A DNA stretch of 64,000 nt from Lama glama (lineage: Eukaryota). Numbering within the stretch: the first letter of the stretch is position 1; the number at the start of each line of letters is the position of its first letter. The DNA is taken from the NCBI GenBank assembly GCA_028534125.1, contig CM052816.1, positions 57,042,001-57,106,000 of the forward strand, written 5' to 3'. A model generated the notes under the pieces. The model saw nothing but the letters and a program-made list of their open reading frames with translations, did not search any database and was not told where the DNA came from. Of the stretch, positions 37,341 through 50,247 are shown in pieces. The position numbers and the translations under genes were made by a program.

Positions 37341-37689
37341 CCAGACTTCCCTCAGGATCCACACTACCCCCTGTGGCTGCGCCTGCCCCTTCACACAACA
37401 CCTCTCCAAACAGAGCACCCGGTCTGGGGCCCAGGGCCATTTGGTGACCTACCTTTTCCAAAGAGAACCAAAACTGTTCTTGTCTCCTTTTCCCCATTCT
37501 GCTTCCCTCTCAAGACCCTGGATGCAGGTGGTCTGAGGTTCTCTGCCTGAAGGTTTGAAATGTCCATGGCCTTCCTGGGTCTGCCTACTGTGACCTTATG
37601 GTATCTCCCCAATTTGAGGGTAGAAGGAGTTGTTAAAACCAAAAGAGACTCAGCCCAGAGAGGATACCTGTTTTCTGGCACCAGAGACA

Positions 37690-38092
37690 CCTGTGTTTGA
37701 CCCTGGGCTGACCTTGAACCAAATATGTATCTTTAAGGCTTCAGCTTTCTTACCTATGAAATGGGCATCATAATGGGCTCTACCTTGTGAGGTTATGAGA
37801 ATTAAATGAGACAGTTTCTCTAAAGCAGTGGTTCTCATATATGACTGCACATTGGAACTACCTAGAGGAGCTTAAATACACATTACACACAACACCACAT
37901 CATTCATGCACACACACACACACAAACACACATACATTGATGGCTGGGTCCTCCCCCTAGAAATGGTGATTTAGTTGCTCCAGGCATCTGGATTTTCTGA
38001 TTCCCTGAAGTAGCTTTAACTCTGCAGCCAAGATGGAAAGCATGGCTGTAAAGGGCACTGGGGCAAGTGATCAACACTCAGATAATTAGCTT
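37690..38092 (+). mobile_element. MIR SINE split by a MER5B insertion
   Basis: MIR core (cagctttcttacctatgaaatggg...taccttgtgaggttatgagaattaaatgagac) precedes the insertion; a MIR-tail-like sequence (aacactcagataattagc) follows it. Confidence 0.7.
37826..38045. mobile_element. MER5B-like MITE with 8-bp TSD and an internal (CA)n expansion
   Basis: Starts cagtggttctc...ctgcacattggaactacct; hAT-type 8-bp TSD ctctaaag (37818-37825) / ctgtaaag (38046-38053). Confidence 0.75.
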
Positions 38093-38759
38093 CTCATGAG
38101 TAAGATAATGTTGATGATTCAGAGCTCCCTTCCCTACTGGAACCTCACAGCCCTTTTAAGGACCTTCTTCCTTTTGGATTTTTTGGGAAGGGTCTTCTTC
38201 CCTCTCCCTAACCCCAGTTCTGCCCAGGGCTCCAGAAACACTGAACTGTTGGCTTCTAGTTCTGAGAGGTCAGCAAAAGTGAAAGGCTCCTGACCTCAGG
38301 TGGCTGTCTCCAGGTCCATTTCAGGCACCTCCTAGCTATGTCTGCCCAGCAAGATTGATTAACCTCTTGATATCTTCTGCCTATGAAATAGGAGAGAATT
38401 GTCATGTATTATTATGCCCCCAGAAGGGCTGGAATTTGTGCTAAGCAGTTAAGAGAATGTCTTCTGTAAGTGGGATGATAACTTCTGCCTTGAAAATGAT
38501 TAGCTGCGACGAAAAATGAGGCAAAGTCTGTGTGCAAAGAGCTTCAAGAAAGGCCCGGACTGCAGGCTGCTCCAATAAACAGTAGTAGTGGTCTCAGACT
38601 GCTGTCTCCACGGTGCAGATCTGCAGGTCACCGCTGATACCACCTTGCAGAGAGCGGGAAGCTGGGAAGGCGGAGGCCACTCTCCAGGCTGGTTTTACCA
38701 ACACGTTGCAAACACAGTCTCTAAGCCGCCCCCTCCTGGCCAATTTCTGGGACCTTTCC

Positions 38760-39330
38760 CCTCCCCAGTCCACCTCTCGACCGCGCTCTGATGAGTTCCA
38801 GTTTGCCCCGTGGGGTAAGTTTACAGCAGTGAATTGTGCTGGGGTGCTGACCCACATGGGACATCGTGCACCTCCCTGGGGTGCCCGCGGCGCGTCGGTG
38901 GGAGCGCACTGCCAAGCCAGCCTGAAGCCAGTGTTCCGGACAGGGTGCATGGGTCGAGCCGCCAGCCAGGCCCCCTCCTTGTCTCTCTCAAACTGGCAGG
39001 CCCGATCCTCCAGGTCCCAGGCATCTCACGCTCCGGAGGGTCACGGCGGGGCCCCAGGCAGACGGTCCCTCCTTGGGGTTCCTCCGATGTGTCTGAGAAA
39101 ACAAACTGCTGCAGAGGAAATAACTCCATGCCTGGAGGGCCACACCACCTTTGGCACTGGCTCCAGGAGGAGCGCAAGGTCCACGCTTGCGGTTCTTTGT
39201 TGCGACCGCGCTGTTGGACCTGGCTGCACATTGCTGGTGGCTCCGTGGGTGGGGTGACGCAGCCCCCTACTACCACCTGGGTTCCAATCTTGGCTGCTTG
39301 GCGTCTTCACCGAAAGCTCAGATAAGCCTC
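38760..39330. promoter_or_regulatory. Small CpG-rich island
   Basis: Clustered CpGs such as gtgcccgcggcgcgtcggtgg and gcgaccgcgctg. Confidence 0.65.
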
Positions 39331-39357
39331 AGTTTCTCCCAGCCCGTCACTACTATT

Positions 39358-39580
39358 TTAGGTGGCATAGTGTCAAGATTTCAAAGTCTGGGTTCCAATC
39401 CCTGCCTTGCCATTTATGGCCATGTGACCCAGGACAGATTACCTAATCATTTCCTCATCTGTAAAATGGGCATGATAATATTCCTACCCATGTCAGGTGT
39501 TACGAGGAATAAATGAATGTAAAACACTACAGTGCAAGGCACATAGTAAACACTGTATAAGTATTTGACATTGTTAATAA
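39358..39580 (+). mobile_element. MIR SINE
   Basis: ctgggttccaatccctgc...tttcctcatctgtaaaatgggcatgataata...ggcacatagtaaacact. Confidence 0.85.
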
Positions 39581-39699
39581 AGTAGGCATAACTTTCGCCC
39601 TGCAGCATCGTGGATTAAATGAGACAAGGTAGATAACTTGACTGTATTAAGTGGGTGGTGGACAAATAATATTTACTAGTATTACTATTACTACTGGAG

Positions 39700-42600
39700 A
39701 ATCAGATTTCTTTCTTTTTTTAAAATCTTGGCCTTCTCACGTGTTCATCTGGGGAAACTGTGCGAATTGGGGCTTCATGCTCAATATAAAACGGCCCCTG
39801 AATTGGTGCCCAGTTGTAGTTTCCTTAGAGGTTTGGAAAGGTGCTTTTCAACGTTGCCAGGCTAGCGCTTCGCTTTTGTTTGCAATAGAGCAGTGAGTAA
39901 ATTATATCCTGGGCTTAGCAAAGCAAGAAATAAACACGTTCACAGTAGGACTCTTCAGATGGACTATTTTATTTCTCTTTTGTATTTGTTCTTGGTCGTT
40001 GATGGTCCGCTGCAGACTAATGCGATGTTGATGTGTCTTAATATTAATGGTTGAGAGCTGAAGACAGCCGTTTGCCTCACGCCGTCGTGGCTGAGCGGGC
40101 AGGGTTGGGAACCACGGTGAGGCCCAAGTGAGAGCAAGGGAAGATTCTTATTGTCACGTTCTCCCTCTCTTGTCCAATACCTCACATGTTCCTGGGGGAA
40201 ACATCTTCGGGTTGCGACTGAATTTAAACATCGGTGCTTCTGTGATTAGATTATTTTTTCTGCTTGAACAAAAAGCGGGGGGTGCCCTCCTGCGCGGGTA
40301 CCCCCTTTGCCGCGGTTGGGAGCACTTAACTGTTTATATATAAAACTTGGCGGGGCCAGGCACTGTCATTCCAAACCTCCTCATCCAGGGCACCTGCTGT
40401 GAAATATTAAAGGCGAGCAGAGGTTGTCTTTGGCCGAAATGTTGGTGATAGCAGTATACTAAACACCGACCTTGGTGGCTGCTGAGGCCCAAATCTGACA
40501 TTTTACTTCTCCTCCCTCCCCGGGCAAAGCACAGGCGGTAAAGTAGGTGCCACTGAAAAAAAAAAAAAAGATAACCTCCAGCCTTTACCTATGCAATTCA
40601 GTTAAGGATCTCTGTCCCTAGGGTGCTTCCAAATGCATCTGGACTCCGCGCCCAGTTCCAGAACCCTCCTCTCGGGGCTCCCATGCAGAATTTGGAAAGG
40701 AAAAGGGCCAGCGGCCAGAGTTGAGTCCCTGTGCCCCGTAATGTGTAGAAGCTCTGGGGAAGCCGGATAGCTGAGTAGAGAGAGAGGCGCACGCACGTAC
40801 GTATGGACTGTGGACTCAACCAAGCTTCTCCTTTGAAAGGAAGAACCAAGCGCCTGCCCTCGACCTCACCAGAATGGCAAACGCAAAAGCAAAATTTTAA
40901 CAACGGGAAAAAGGGCCCCGAGCGAGGAAGCTCAAGAGATGTGGAGTGGGCGCCGCAGGGACCAGACGCGCCAGGGGAGTGTTCGCCGGCGTGCTGGGTT
41001 GCCCGCGCCACAGCCGCGCTGTTGTTTATAAACTCGTTTCGGGCATCAGGACAGCGATGACGCCGTTCGTGTTGCATGCGTGTCCTCCTGGAAGGGAAGG
41101 GCAAACGAACCAATCTTTAGCAACGCTCAGCCTCCCCGTGGCATTCGGATTCACGACGGTTTTCAATGTAAATGCATTTCGTAAACTCCGAAGCAACGAC
41201 TGTTTTATTTGTTTTGGTGTGGAAAGGTTAGCAAAAGTACTGGAGCCGTCCTTCGCGCTTTTCTTTGATTCTGTCTTAGATTTACTGGCTTTTCCTTGGC
41301 AACGTGGCCCGGGCCATCCGCCTGCCCTCCCTTGGACCCGGCAAAGCGAACCCCAGGCCCCGGACCCCGCAGCAGCTCAGAGGAAGGCGATTGCAGAACT
41401 TGTCAGCCCCCTTCCCAGGACCTCGGATTTCATCTTTCTTTTCTCTCTGCATGTTCGGTTTGTTTTCTCAAGACCTAAGCAATTTTTAATGTACTCTATA
41501 CTTCCCGCTTAATCCTCATCGTTTATTGTATAATTATAGTTTCAAAGTGATTATGTAATTAAAATCATGTTTCGTTGCAGCAGGACTTCAAAAGGGCGGC
41601 AGACCCCCGCTCTGGCATTATTTTCTGGTGATGTAATAATTTCCCTGTGATATTTAAAATAAACACATTAGTTCAAGAATTCTAAACATGTCTCAAAGTA
41701 TATAGTAGGCTTGATTGGCACGAGGCTGTGTTGTAAAGAAATGGTAAAACCTATCACTAGTTTAATATATTTCTATGCTCCCATGCCGGGTAAATTATAG
41801 GATAATGGGGCGCAGGCGATGGTAAGCTCTGTTTATATAATCCATTTCTTCACACGAGTTCCCATTGCTTTCCCTTCCCTTTGCTGTATGTGGTGGTTCT
41901 CTGATCCCCTGACCTCAGCCATGTGTTTTCACTTTTTCTTCTGATCTCAATTCCATGACCAGCGGGGAATAAAATACAAATTGAATAGTAACCATTCACA
42001 GGCCGCTCTTTTCAAACTGTTGTTAAAACCTCTTTGTCTTGTCTAGCGGTTGATAGATAAATGTGTTGTATTTCTCCCGACTTTTTTTCCCCTCCTTCCT
42101 CCTTTTTTTTTTCTTGCAAAGGAAAAAATAACTCTCCTTGGTCCAATTATGCTCTTTAAAAATTAAAACCCCACACCTCCTTTCAAACCCTCTCCGCGTC
42201 CGGCTCTCCCCGGTCGGCCCATTGGTTCCGCGGCGGTGGGAGATGCGGTGGATTCACCACGTGGAATAAAGAAGCGGCGGGAGCCGAGCTCGGCTGGTGG
42301 AAGGCGCGGTGCCCCCGTGTGAGGTCCGCGCCATTGTCCCAAGGCCTGAAGGTTCATTTAGCGGAACCTGTATCTCCTCTGTTGTCTTTGCGGAGCGCCC
42401 AGTACTGGCTCCGAAGTTGGGGGCCGCGCCCCTCCTAGAAATCAGAGGGAGGCAAGGCGTGAAGGAACCCGGGAGACGAAAGTTACAGTGAAAAATTAAC
42501 CTCCTCTTAGCCCGCCTTTTTCTTTTCATGGTCCAGACCTGCTTTGGGGGCGAGGTGGACCAAAGGCCCCGGTTTTACAGCTTTTCTCCCAAACAAGAAA

Positions 42601-44350
42601 CACAATGGCTCCTGATTTCTGGGCCTTGCCTTTCCCAGATCTCTGTTCCTTCTCCTCGGCTTCCTTTCGGGAACGTCAAGGCAAAGGAAAATAATTGTAG
42701 GAACTTCCATCCCGCAGCCTGCCCTGCCTTTTTCATCAGAGCTTTTTCGGGGTCAGCGGCGCAGCAGCGTCTTTGTTACTCCACTGCCAGCGCCAGGAAG
42801 CGACAGAGGCGGGAAGGAGAACTTCTGTGAGCGCGGGACCTGCTATCTCTGCATCTCCAAACTGCAAAGTGCTCCTCACTGTTTTAAAGGGAAAGGAAGA
42901 GCACCACCGCAGGGTGGCTTGCCGCGCACTGCCCTCGGCGCTCAGGGTGCCCTGGGCGCACCGCTCAGCCGCCGGCCGGCGGGGGCACCCAGCCGCGGAG
43001 CGGGAAGCTCGCAGCCACCCGCGCTGCCGGGCTGCTCGCGGCGCCCTCCCGGGTAGGGTTTCCCGGCGGTGCAAACTAACCCGCAATCCGCGAGGCCGCT
43101 TGACAGCGCTCTTCGCCGTCGGCCCGCGTACCTGTAAGCTGAGCCCCGCTCACATGCTTCACATTAAACCTCCGTGCCCGGTGCCTTTTCTCTTTTTTTC
43201 CTCCGAAAGGGTTCTTATAAACTTCCCTTCGTTTATTTAGCCTGGTTTTCATTGCTCCAGTTTTGCATGGGTTGCCTTTGTTTAGTTTATTAACCCACGG
43301 GGTTACTTTAACTAAACATTTGGGCTGAATACTTTGGGGTTGAATTTCAACGTTTTCTAACGAAATTACCGAGTTTTTTGAAGCCGCACAGAGAACACTG
43401 TGTTGAGTTTATTAGTCAATTTAACAGACTATAAGGGAGTGGAAAAAAATGAATTTAGGACGGTCCGGGCTCGTACCCACTGGGCGGAAGCAGCTCGCGA
43501 ACCCTGGGGGTTGGGGCCGCACTGGCGCGAACAGCGCGCGGGGACTGTCAGGGCGCGCTTCCCGCTACAGCAAAGCGCGCGCCCGGGGCCCCGGGACCCG
43601 GCCTCTCCGCCCGCGCACCCGGCTCCCCACGCGCGCGCCCGAGCCAACCGCGCCGCACCACATTCCGGCCCTGCTGCCGCGCCCCGCGGGAACCAGCCGC
43701 CCGCGCGGCACTGGGGGACCAAAGAGGGGCGGGGCTGCGCGACTCCTGCCGGGCTCCCGAGCTTTCTGCAGGTTGTCACCCGCCAAGTGTTTGTTGGGAG
43801 CCGGCGGCGGCAGAGCTCTGTGGCCCTCCTGGTGGGATGGTCTAGGGAAAAGGGGTTGTTGTGGAATCTGCCAGAAAGATTGGACACAGTGGGCAAACGT
43901 CCGAGGTGGGCGGGGAGCAGGCGAGGATGAACCCCCAGCCCTCCTGGAGACTGTGGGGGCTTTGTCCCAAGCCCAGGGAAGACCCGAGGGAGCCCAGGGA
44001 GCTGGATACACACACCTACTCTGAAAAGCGGCCGTTCCCGGGACGGAGCTGCGCCGTCCTACCGCCTGCTTGGCCTAAGGAAGTAGGAATGGTGAAGAGG
44101 GAGATACTGTCAGTGCTTCCCGGGTGGGTCCAGCCGTCCAGCCTGGGCGATGACAAGGAACTCTCTCCACAGCTTCCTTTCCTAGCTAACCGCTTCTCCC
44201 ACTTCTCACGCATTCTCTCATCCTGCGCCAGATTTTGGCACAGTGATGCCCAGGAAGAGGTGGCCCAGCTAAAACGTCCTTGACCCCTAGGCTTCTCAGA
44301 GGAAACTGAGAACTTTGCTATGTTTCTTGAGTGGAGGTAATGACGTGGAA
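39700..44350. promoter_or_regulatory. Repeat-free regulatory domain with an orphan CpG island (densest ~40780-41420 and ~42180-44150)
   Basis: About 4.6 kb with no recognisable TE, very CpG-rich lobes (cgcgcgcccggggccccggg...) and intervening AT-rich TAAT-rich blocks; no coding exon recognised. Confidence 0.85.
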
Positions 44351-44529
44351 GCCAGTGGGAACACAAAAAAAAACCTTCAGCTAGCTGGGAAGGGATGAGG
44401 GGCGGTTAAGGAAATGAAACACTGAGATTCCTTAGCTGGTAGAGCAGGTTGAACTTCACACAGGTGAAAAGCAGGGTTTCTCCCTACAGCTTGCAGCCAC
44501 CAGGGCCCTGAACCCCGACATTTTCAAAT

Positions 44530-44690
44530 TTAATTATAAGAGGTAGTGCATACAAGAAGTTCATACTTCACATATACAAAAGGATATAACAGGAAAAGTC
44601 TCTCATGTCTCTCAGCCACCCCACTCTTTCTCCTGGAGGCAACCACCCCGTTAGATTCTTGTGAACTATTCTGGAGAAAATTACAAGCTT
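44530..44690 (-). mobile_element. L1ME-like 3' fragment
   Basis: acaaaaggatataacaggaaaagtctc...ctcctggaggcaaccacc...gttagattcttgtg. Confidence 0.55.
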
Positions 44691-44859
44691 TTGCTAAAGG
44701 CCTAAGGGCCTATTCACTCCTTTCCTTGCTCTACTTCCACCTTCTGGCCCTCCCTGTGCACTTGCTGGCTGTTCAGTGCCTCTAAGAGGGATGCCCCCAC
44801 CTTAGAGGTTGTTGCTTGTTGCCTTCCCATTCCCTAGTCCCACCAGCACATCTGCCTAG

Positions 44860-45600
44860 AGTCCTATGAGCCTGCCAAACTGAGCATTGGAAGGGATTTA
44901 CTTGTGATCTTCTTCCCAGAGGAGAAACCCAGTCATCTCTCCCTAGAGTTCACCAAGCTCATGTGTTTCCTCTTCTACAGTATGACTTTGGCCTTTTCCT
45001 TGCATTTCCTCTGCCACTACTCCAGGTCCTCTTGGGACCATTGGGACAGCCTGTCCACGAGCCTCCTGTTTTTCCACCCCCTTTCCTCCGAATCCATCTT
45101 GCACTCGCCACCACATCGATCATCTAAGGCCGACTTTAATTGTCCTTTATCTGACCAAAAACCTCTGTGGCTTTTCACTGCCACTAAGTTGCCAGGCTGC
45201 AGACAGCTGCTTAGATCAAGAACCCATCAGACCCATGGCAGGTGATCACGTGTCAGCTTGGCTGACTACTATCTCCTTCGGATGACCTCAGCTCCCCTCC
45301 CTGCCCTCTGGCCAGCCCTCTCCTGTGAGCATTTGTCTCACCCTCTTCTCCAGCTCCTGATCCCTCTGGTTCTCCTGCCCCCAGATCTTTTCTCAAACCT
45401 TCCAATCCCTGGCAGACCCTTGTCCCATTTCCACGGGTCACAGTCCTTCAAAGCCTTGCTCAAAAACTACTCCTTCCCCAGCCATTTGCTATCATTCCCT
45501 CTCCTGACCTCACCGTAATTTGTTTGATACCACTTGTATAGGGGTGCTGAATGATCATTTGGATGTTTGTCCTGTTTCCTCTCCTAGATGATAAAGCAGT
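44860..45600 (+). mobile_element. Highly diverged L2 fragment(s)
   Basis: ttcctctgccactactccaggtc...cagcctg...aaaacctctgtggcttttcactgcc...tcctagatgataaag. Confidence 0.45.
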
Positions 45601-46469
45601 ACATACAAAGCAAGTGATAACTTTTTGTAGTTACAGTATTTCCCTCACTATTCCTTTTTTCTCTCCTTCCTCCCCCTGCCAAAAAAAGAAACTCCAATAA
45701 ACATTAAAATACCTTTCTCTTTCTTAAATATTAGTTAACATTAGCTGTTAGATCATCTTATTAAAGTACATCTCACCGAGGTATGACCAGTTTACAAGAT
45801 AAACCCCTCTAGAATACAGACACATTTTAAGAGAAATGGTTATTCCAGTGAATCTCCACGTTAGGGAGGTGCTTTGGGTCATGTTGGGCCATTGCTTGCA
45901 GCAGAACATTATGTGATAACTTAGGGCTTCACTTGTGAAAGGCTGAAAATGCTTGGTGAAGATGCTCTTACATAAGAATGTATAAATATTATAACTGAAG
46001 TTCTGGGTTAAGACGACTAGCCAGATTCAATTTCACAGATGTTTCTCCTCACCCTCTCTTGTTCTTTAGGGCTAGGAAAGCTGGGAGCAGGAGGGGAATT
46101 CTTTCCCAAGTCCTCTGAATCTTTTTGGTCTCTTGACTCCAGATTTTCATTAGCACAGCTTCATACCTCTAGTCTGGTCTGAGTGGGGTGCCTGGGAGTA
46201 GGGGAAGAAGTTTGAACCCCACCCCCTTGGACTCCATCAGGAACCCTGAAATAAAATGCATTGAAAGTAAAACTGTGTTGGCTATGCCCGGGCGTCCTGA
46301 AGCCCCAACATCTTCCCCCGCAGCCACATTGCTGCCCTTAAGCTCCTTGCAGAGCTGTCTCTGGTCTGATCAGTTTTAATGCTTGACAGTCCTGCTTTCT
46401 ATAGAGATTCTATAAAGTATGCCCTTCCTCCACCTCCATCTCCATCACTGCAGGGGGCCTGGCAAAGGG

Positions 46470-46600
46470 TAATTCATTATTCAGCAAGTATTTGCTGCCC
46501 ATCCTTTATTATGCCAACCAAGCAGGTGGTGGGGCTACCGTGATGAACAAGATAGAAAAAGACCCCATTCTTGTGGAGCTTACCTTCCTATTGGAGGGAC
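46470..46600 (-). mobile_element. L2 3' end
   Basis: attcattattcagcaagtatttgctg...tgatgaacaagataga...ttcttgtggagcttaccttc. Confidence 0.7.
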
Positions 46601-49600
46601 TACAGCAAATGTATTTGGGGCTTTACTCCTTGGTACCCTATCTCAGCTGATGGAGACAACACTGAGCTGGAAGTCAGCCTTGGGCACCTCGTGTCCATCT
46701 GTGATCTTTGTGTCCCAAGAATGATTTGGTCAACCTCATAAGTCGGTTTCTCACCTCCAGACTTGGCAAGTTTTGTGAGACTGACCAAATCACAATGGGC
46801 ATTCAAATCCTGTAAATGTGAAGTATTCACATGATGGGATCTGGAAGTTTAATTGTGATTATAAAAGGAAATCTGATCAGTTCTGTGTAATAGCAAAAAC
46901 AGACACACACTCCTCTCTCCCACTCCCCACCCCTAAGGAAAAAAAAACAAACACCCTGGAAAGAATCTGAAGTTAAAATAAAAAGCAGCTGGCAATAAGC
47001 CCATCGTGTGTGATGATAATTAGACAAATGTTTTCCAAGTATGGGATGATCTGGTGAAGACAATGGTTGGGAGGAGGGGGTAAAAAAGCTTAGGAAATGG
47101 AATTTAGTAAAGCAGTGTTTTCTGCCTGCCTGCAAAGGGCTTAAGTGACACAGGATGTCACACAATCTCCAATTTGGTACCTTTTATTTTTTATTTTTTT
47201 CATGCATCCTGGGAAACATGTCTTCAGCTGAAAGAGTGAAGAAAAACTTGAGGCTTTGATTTACAAAAATTAAAGCCATGACTAGGCTTTGGATCAAGGT
47301 TGTTTCCCGGGCCTGGAAAGCCTCATCGTTCATTGTCTCAAACCTTTCCTGCCCCGAGGGAAAAGAGTTAAGAGTCTTAAGCTAAAGCAGCTCTTCTGCC
47401 ATCTGGGGCTCTGACTTGGTTGACCCTCTCCCAAATTATTGTAATCCTGAGTCTGGAATGGATATAGATCTGGTCAGGGTGACAGCAGCTGCCTTCTGCT
47501 TCTGGGTGGTTTGGGGTCTTCTGCGCAGGCCTAGGTGGGGGCCATGGGCAGGGGTGGAGGGAAAGCAGGTACCATCAGCAACCTGGCCAGTTCTGTGCAA
47601 AATTGGGGCCTTTCTTTCCCTATCTCCCAGCCAAATTTTACTCTTTAGAAATCATATTAGACATTTATACCTTAGGGTGAATATTAAGGCCATGTGTTAA
47701 CTCACCTGGGATTATTTACATTTTAAGCTTGGGCTTTGATTGTAAAAGAAAGTAATTTATCCCCTATTAAAAGAATTCTGAGTATGTGAACATGTGGAGG
47801 GGTCTCTGGGTGGGAAAGGGAGTTGAGGGAGAAATAGTCCTAAGCTCCATAGGGCAGGGCTGGGAAAAAACTGGTGGAGTCCCCTCCGTCAGAACAGAAG
47901 AGAGGTAGCACGGTGGCGAGTGCGTGGATTAGGGGCAGGAGAAAGATAAATCAAGATTATTTTCCTTTAATAACCGTACCTGTCTCCTCTCTCCTTCAAA
48001 GGGAGGAAGAACAGATCACGTACAATTTCAGTAGCATTTTCCCTGAACTCCCAGGGACTCTGACTGCTCCCCTTAGTCCATTCTCGGATTTTACCCCAGG
48101 TGTGTATTGTCCGTTGACATGGAAGACAGGGGCTGCTCTGTTCATAGCAGCCTTGGAAGTGCTTACAAACTGGGGCAATTGCAAAGTGTGTTCGAGGCAC
48201 ACAGCATAGGTTCTGTCCCTGGCTAATAGGCTTTGGTATTCACTGGTTTGCTTCTCAGGGAAATAAAAAGCATGTTTTAATTTTCTTTTTGATCAAGGAG
48301 GAGTTTTTAAAAAATAAAAATCATTTTCTGAGTATAAAATGATACATGTGCTGTATAAAAATCCAAACAAATACAGAAAAGTATAAAAATTCAAAGCAAA
48401 ACAAAACTCAACATCTGACTTTAAGGTAAGCATTGTTAACATTTATGAGAACTGTTTCCTGGAGTGACTGTCTATGCATATAGGTCCTCACTGCTTTTTA
48501 GTTTTCCCCCTCATTCACGTTTTTCCAGTTTTACATGTGTACACAATCTTACTGGAAGCACAGAAGCTGTGCTAACCTTCCTCAAAGAAAGGAACATGGA
48601 TCACTTTAGCTGTTTCTTCTCGCTTTTCTAGAAAAATGTTTTTGGGGGAGGCATTTTCTTATACTGGCTCGAGCTCATTATCCAAAACTGGTCATAAAAA
48701 TAGAGTTTGTGACTGCTTTCGGCATAATCAGTCCCACTCCAGAGTCGCATCTTCAAACCACCCCACTTCCTTGAACTGAAGGCCCATGTTTTCCACTGTG
48801 AGCTGGACGTGGCCCCTGGAGGTTTCCACCTGAGTGCTTTTCTGCACCCGACAGTGATCTGATCTCTGCAAACACAGCGTGGTCAAGTAGATGAAGGAAG
48901 CTTCTGCTCTCTTGGAACCCACACGGTAATGGAGGAGACTTAGACTGTAAATGGATAAACAAACAAGAAAACGTCACATAGTGCAGAGGACCATGATGAA
49001 AACAAAACCTGGACAAGAGACAAGAGACTAGATGGCCACTTCAGTCACTGAATGGTCAGGAGGGACTTCCTGAAGAGGTGACATTGACACTAAGCCCGCT
49101 GTGGGGAGATCTGGGAGGAAAATATTCCTGAAGAAATATTCTTTCCTTTGAATAGATGAGATGAGGGTGATGTAGTTGGTGCAGCTGGAGCCTGATGAGT
49201 TTATAGAAAAGTGAAATTTATCGTCTTTCTTTACAACTCAACTTGACCTCCCATTTCTCTGACCCTCTTGGTGATGAGATGAGCCTACTGGAAGCCCCAT
49301 CAGGAACCCTCACTAATAAACTCCTAATTTATCCCTACCCCACCCCCTTTGTCTTCTCCTTTCCTTCTGACCCCACATCCAGCTAACCCCCAAATCTCTA
49401 CCATCTGTTCTTTCCCATTTCTGCTGTCACTACCATACGCCCGTCCTTACTGCCTCATACTCCTATAAGGTTACCATCTAGAGGAGGGGAAACTAAATAA
49501 TTTCAAATAATCATTTTGGGATTTTGTGTTTTGTTTGGTGTCAGATTGTTTTAATGGAGGGAGGGTTGAAGGAGAGGAACAGACAGGGAATAGGAAACTC

Positions 49601-49741
49601 CCAGCCTTCCAAGTAGAAAAGGACAAATCTGGCATCAAGTTGAGGAGCTGGGCTCACATCACATTTCTTTTTCTAGAAGGTCCTGTGCAAGTATCCTGCC
49701 GTGAGTGAAGTTAGGTCAGGCAAGTTAGAGTGTTTTTACAT

Positions 49742-50202
49742 TATTTTTCTCATAGTATAACATTTACAATATTGTGTTAGTTTCTGGGATATAGCATAGT
49801 GATACAGGCATACATATATATACATATATATATTCTTTTTCAGATTCTTTTCCATTATAGTTCATTACAAGATATTGAAAAGGGTTCCCTGTGTTATGTA
49901 TAGGTCCTTGTTGTTTATCTATTTTATGTATAGTAGTTGGTATCTGCTAATCCCATATTCCTAATCTATCCCTCCCCCACCCCCTTTTCCCTTTGGTAAC
50001 CACAAATTTCTTTTCTTCGTCTGTGAATCTGTTTCTGTTTTGTAAATAACATTTGTATCACTTTTCAGATTCCACCTATAAGTGATATCATATGATATTT
50101 GTTTTTCTCTGTCTGACTTCCTTCACTTAGTTTGATAATCTCTAGGTCTATCCATGTTGCTGCAAATGGCATTATTTTATCCTTTTAAAAAATAATATTC
50201 GA

Positions 50203-50247
<45 letters not shown>

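Noticed and set aside
43120..43140. Minus-strand cttacag|gtacg AG/GT junction as a recursive splice site
   Set aside because: A single short motif with a weak pyrimidine tract and no transcript context; expected by chance.
38588..44366. Many 150-214 aa ORFs in the second CpG domain
   Set aside because: Same GC artefact: multiple overlapping frames, no homeobox, bHLH, zinc finger or other known motif.
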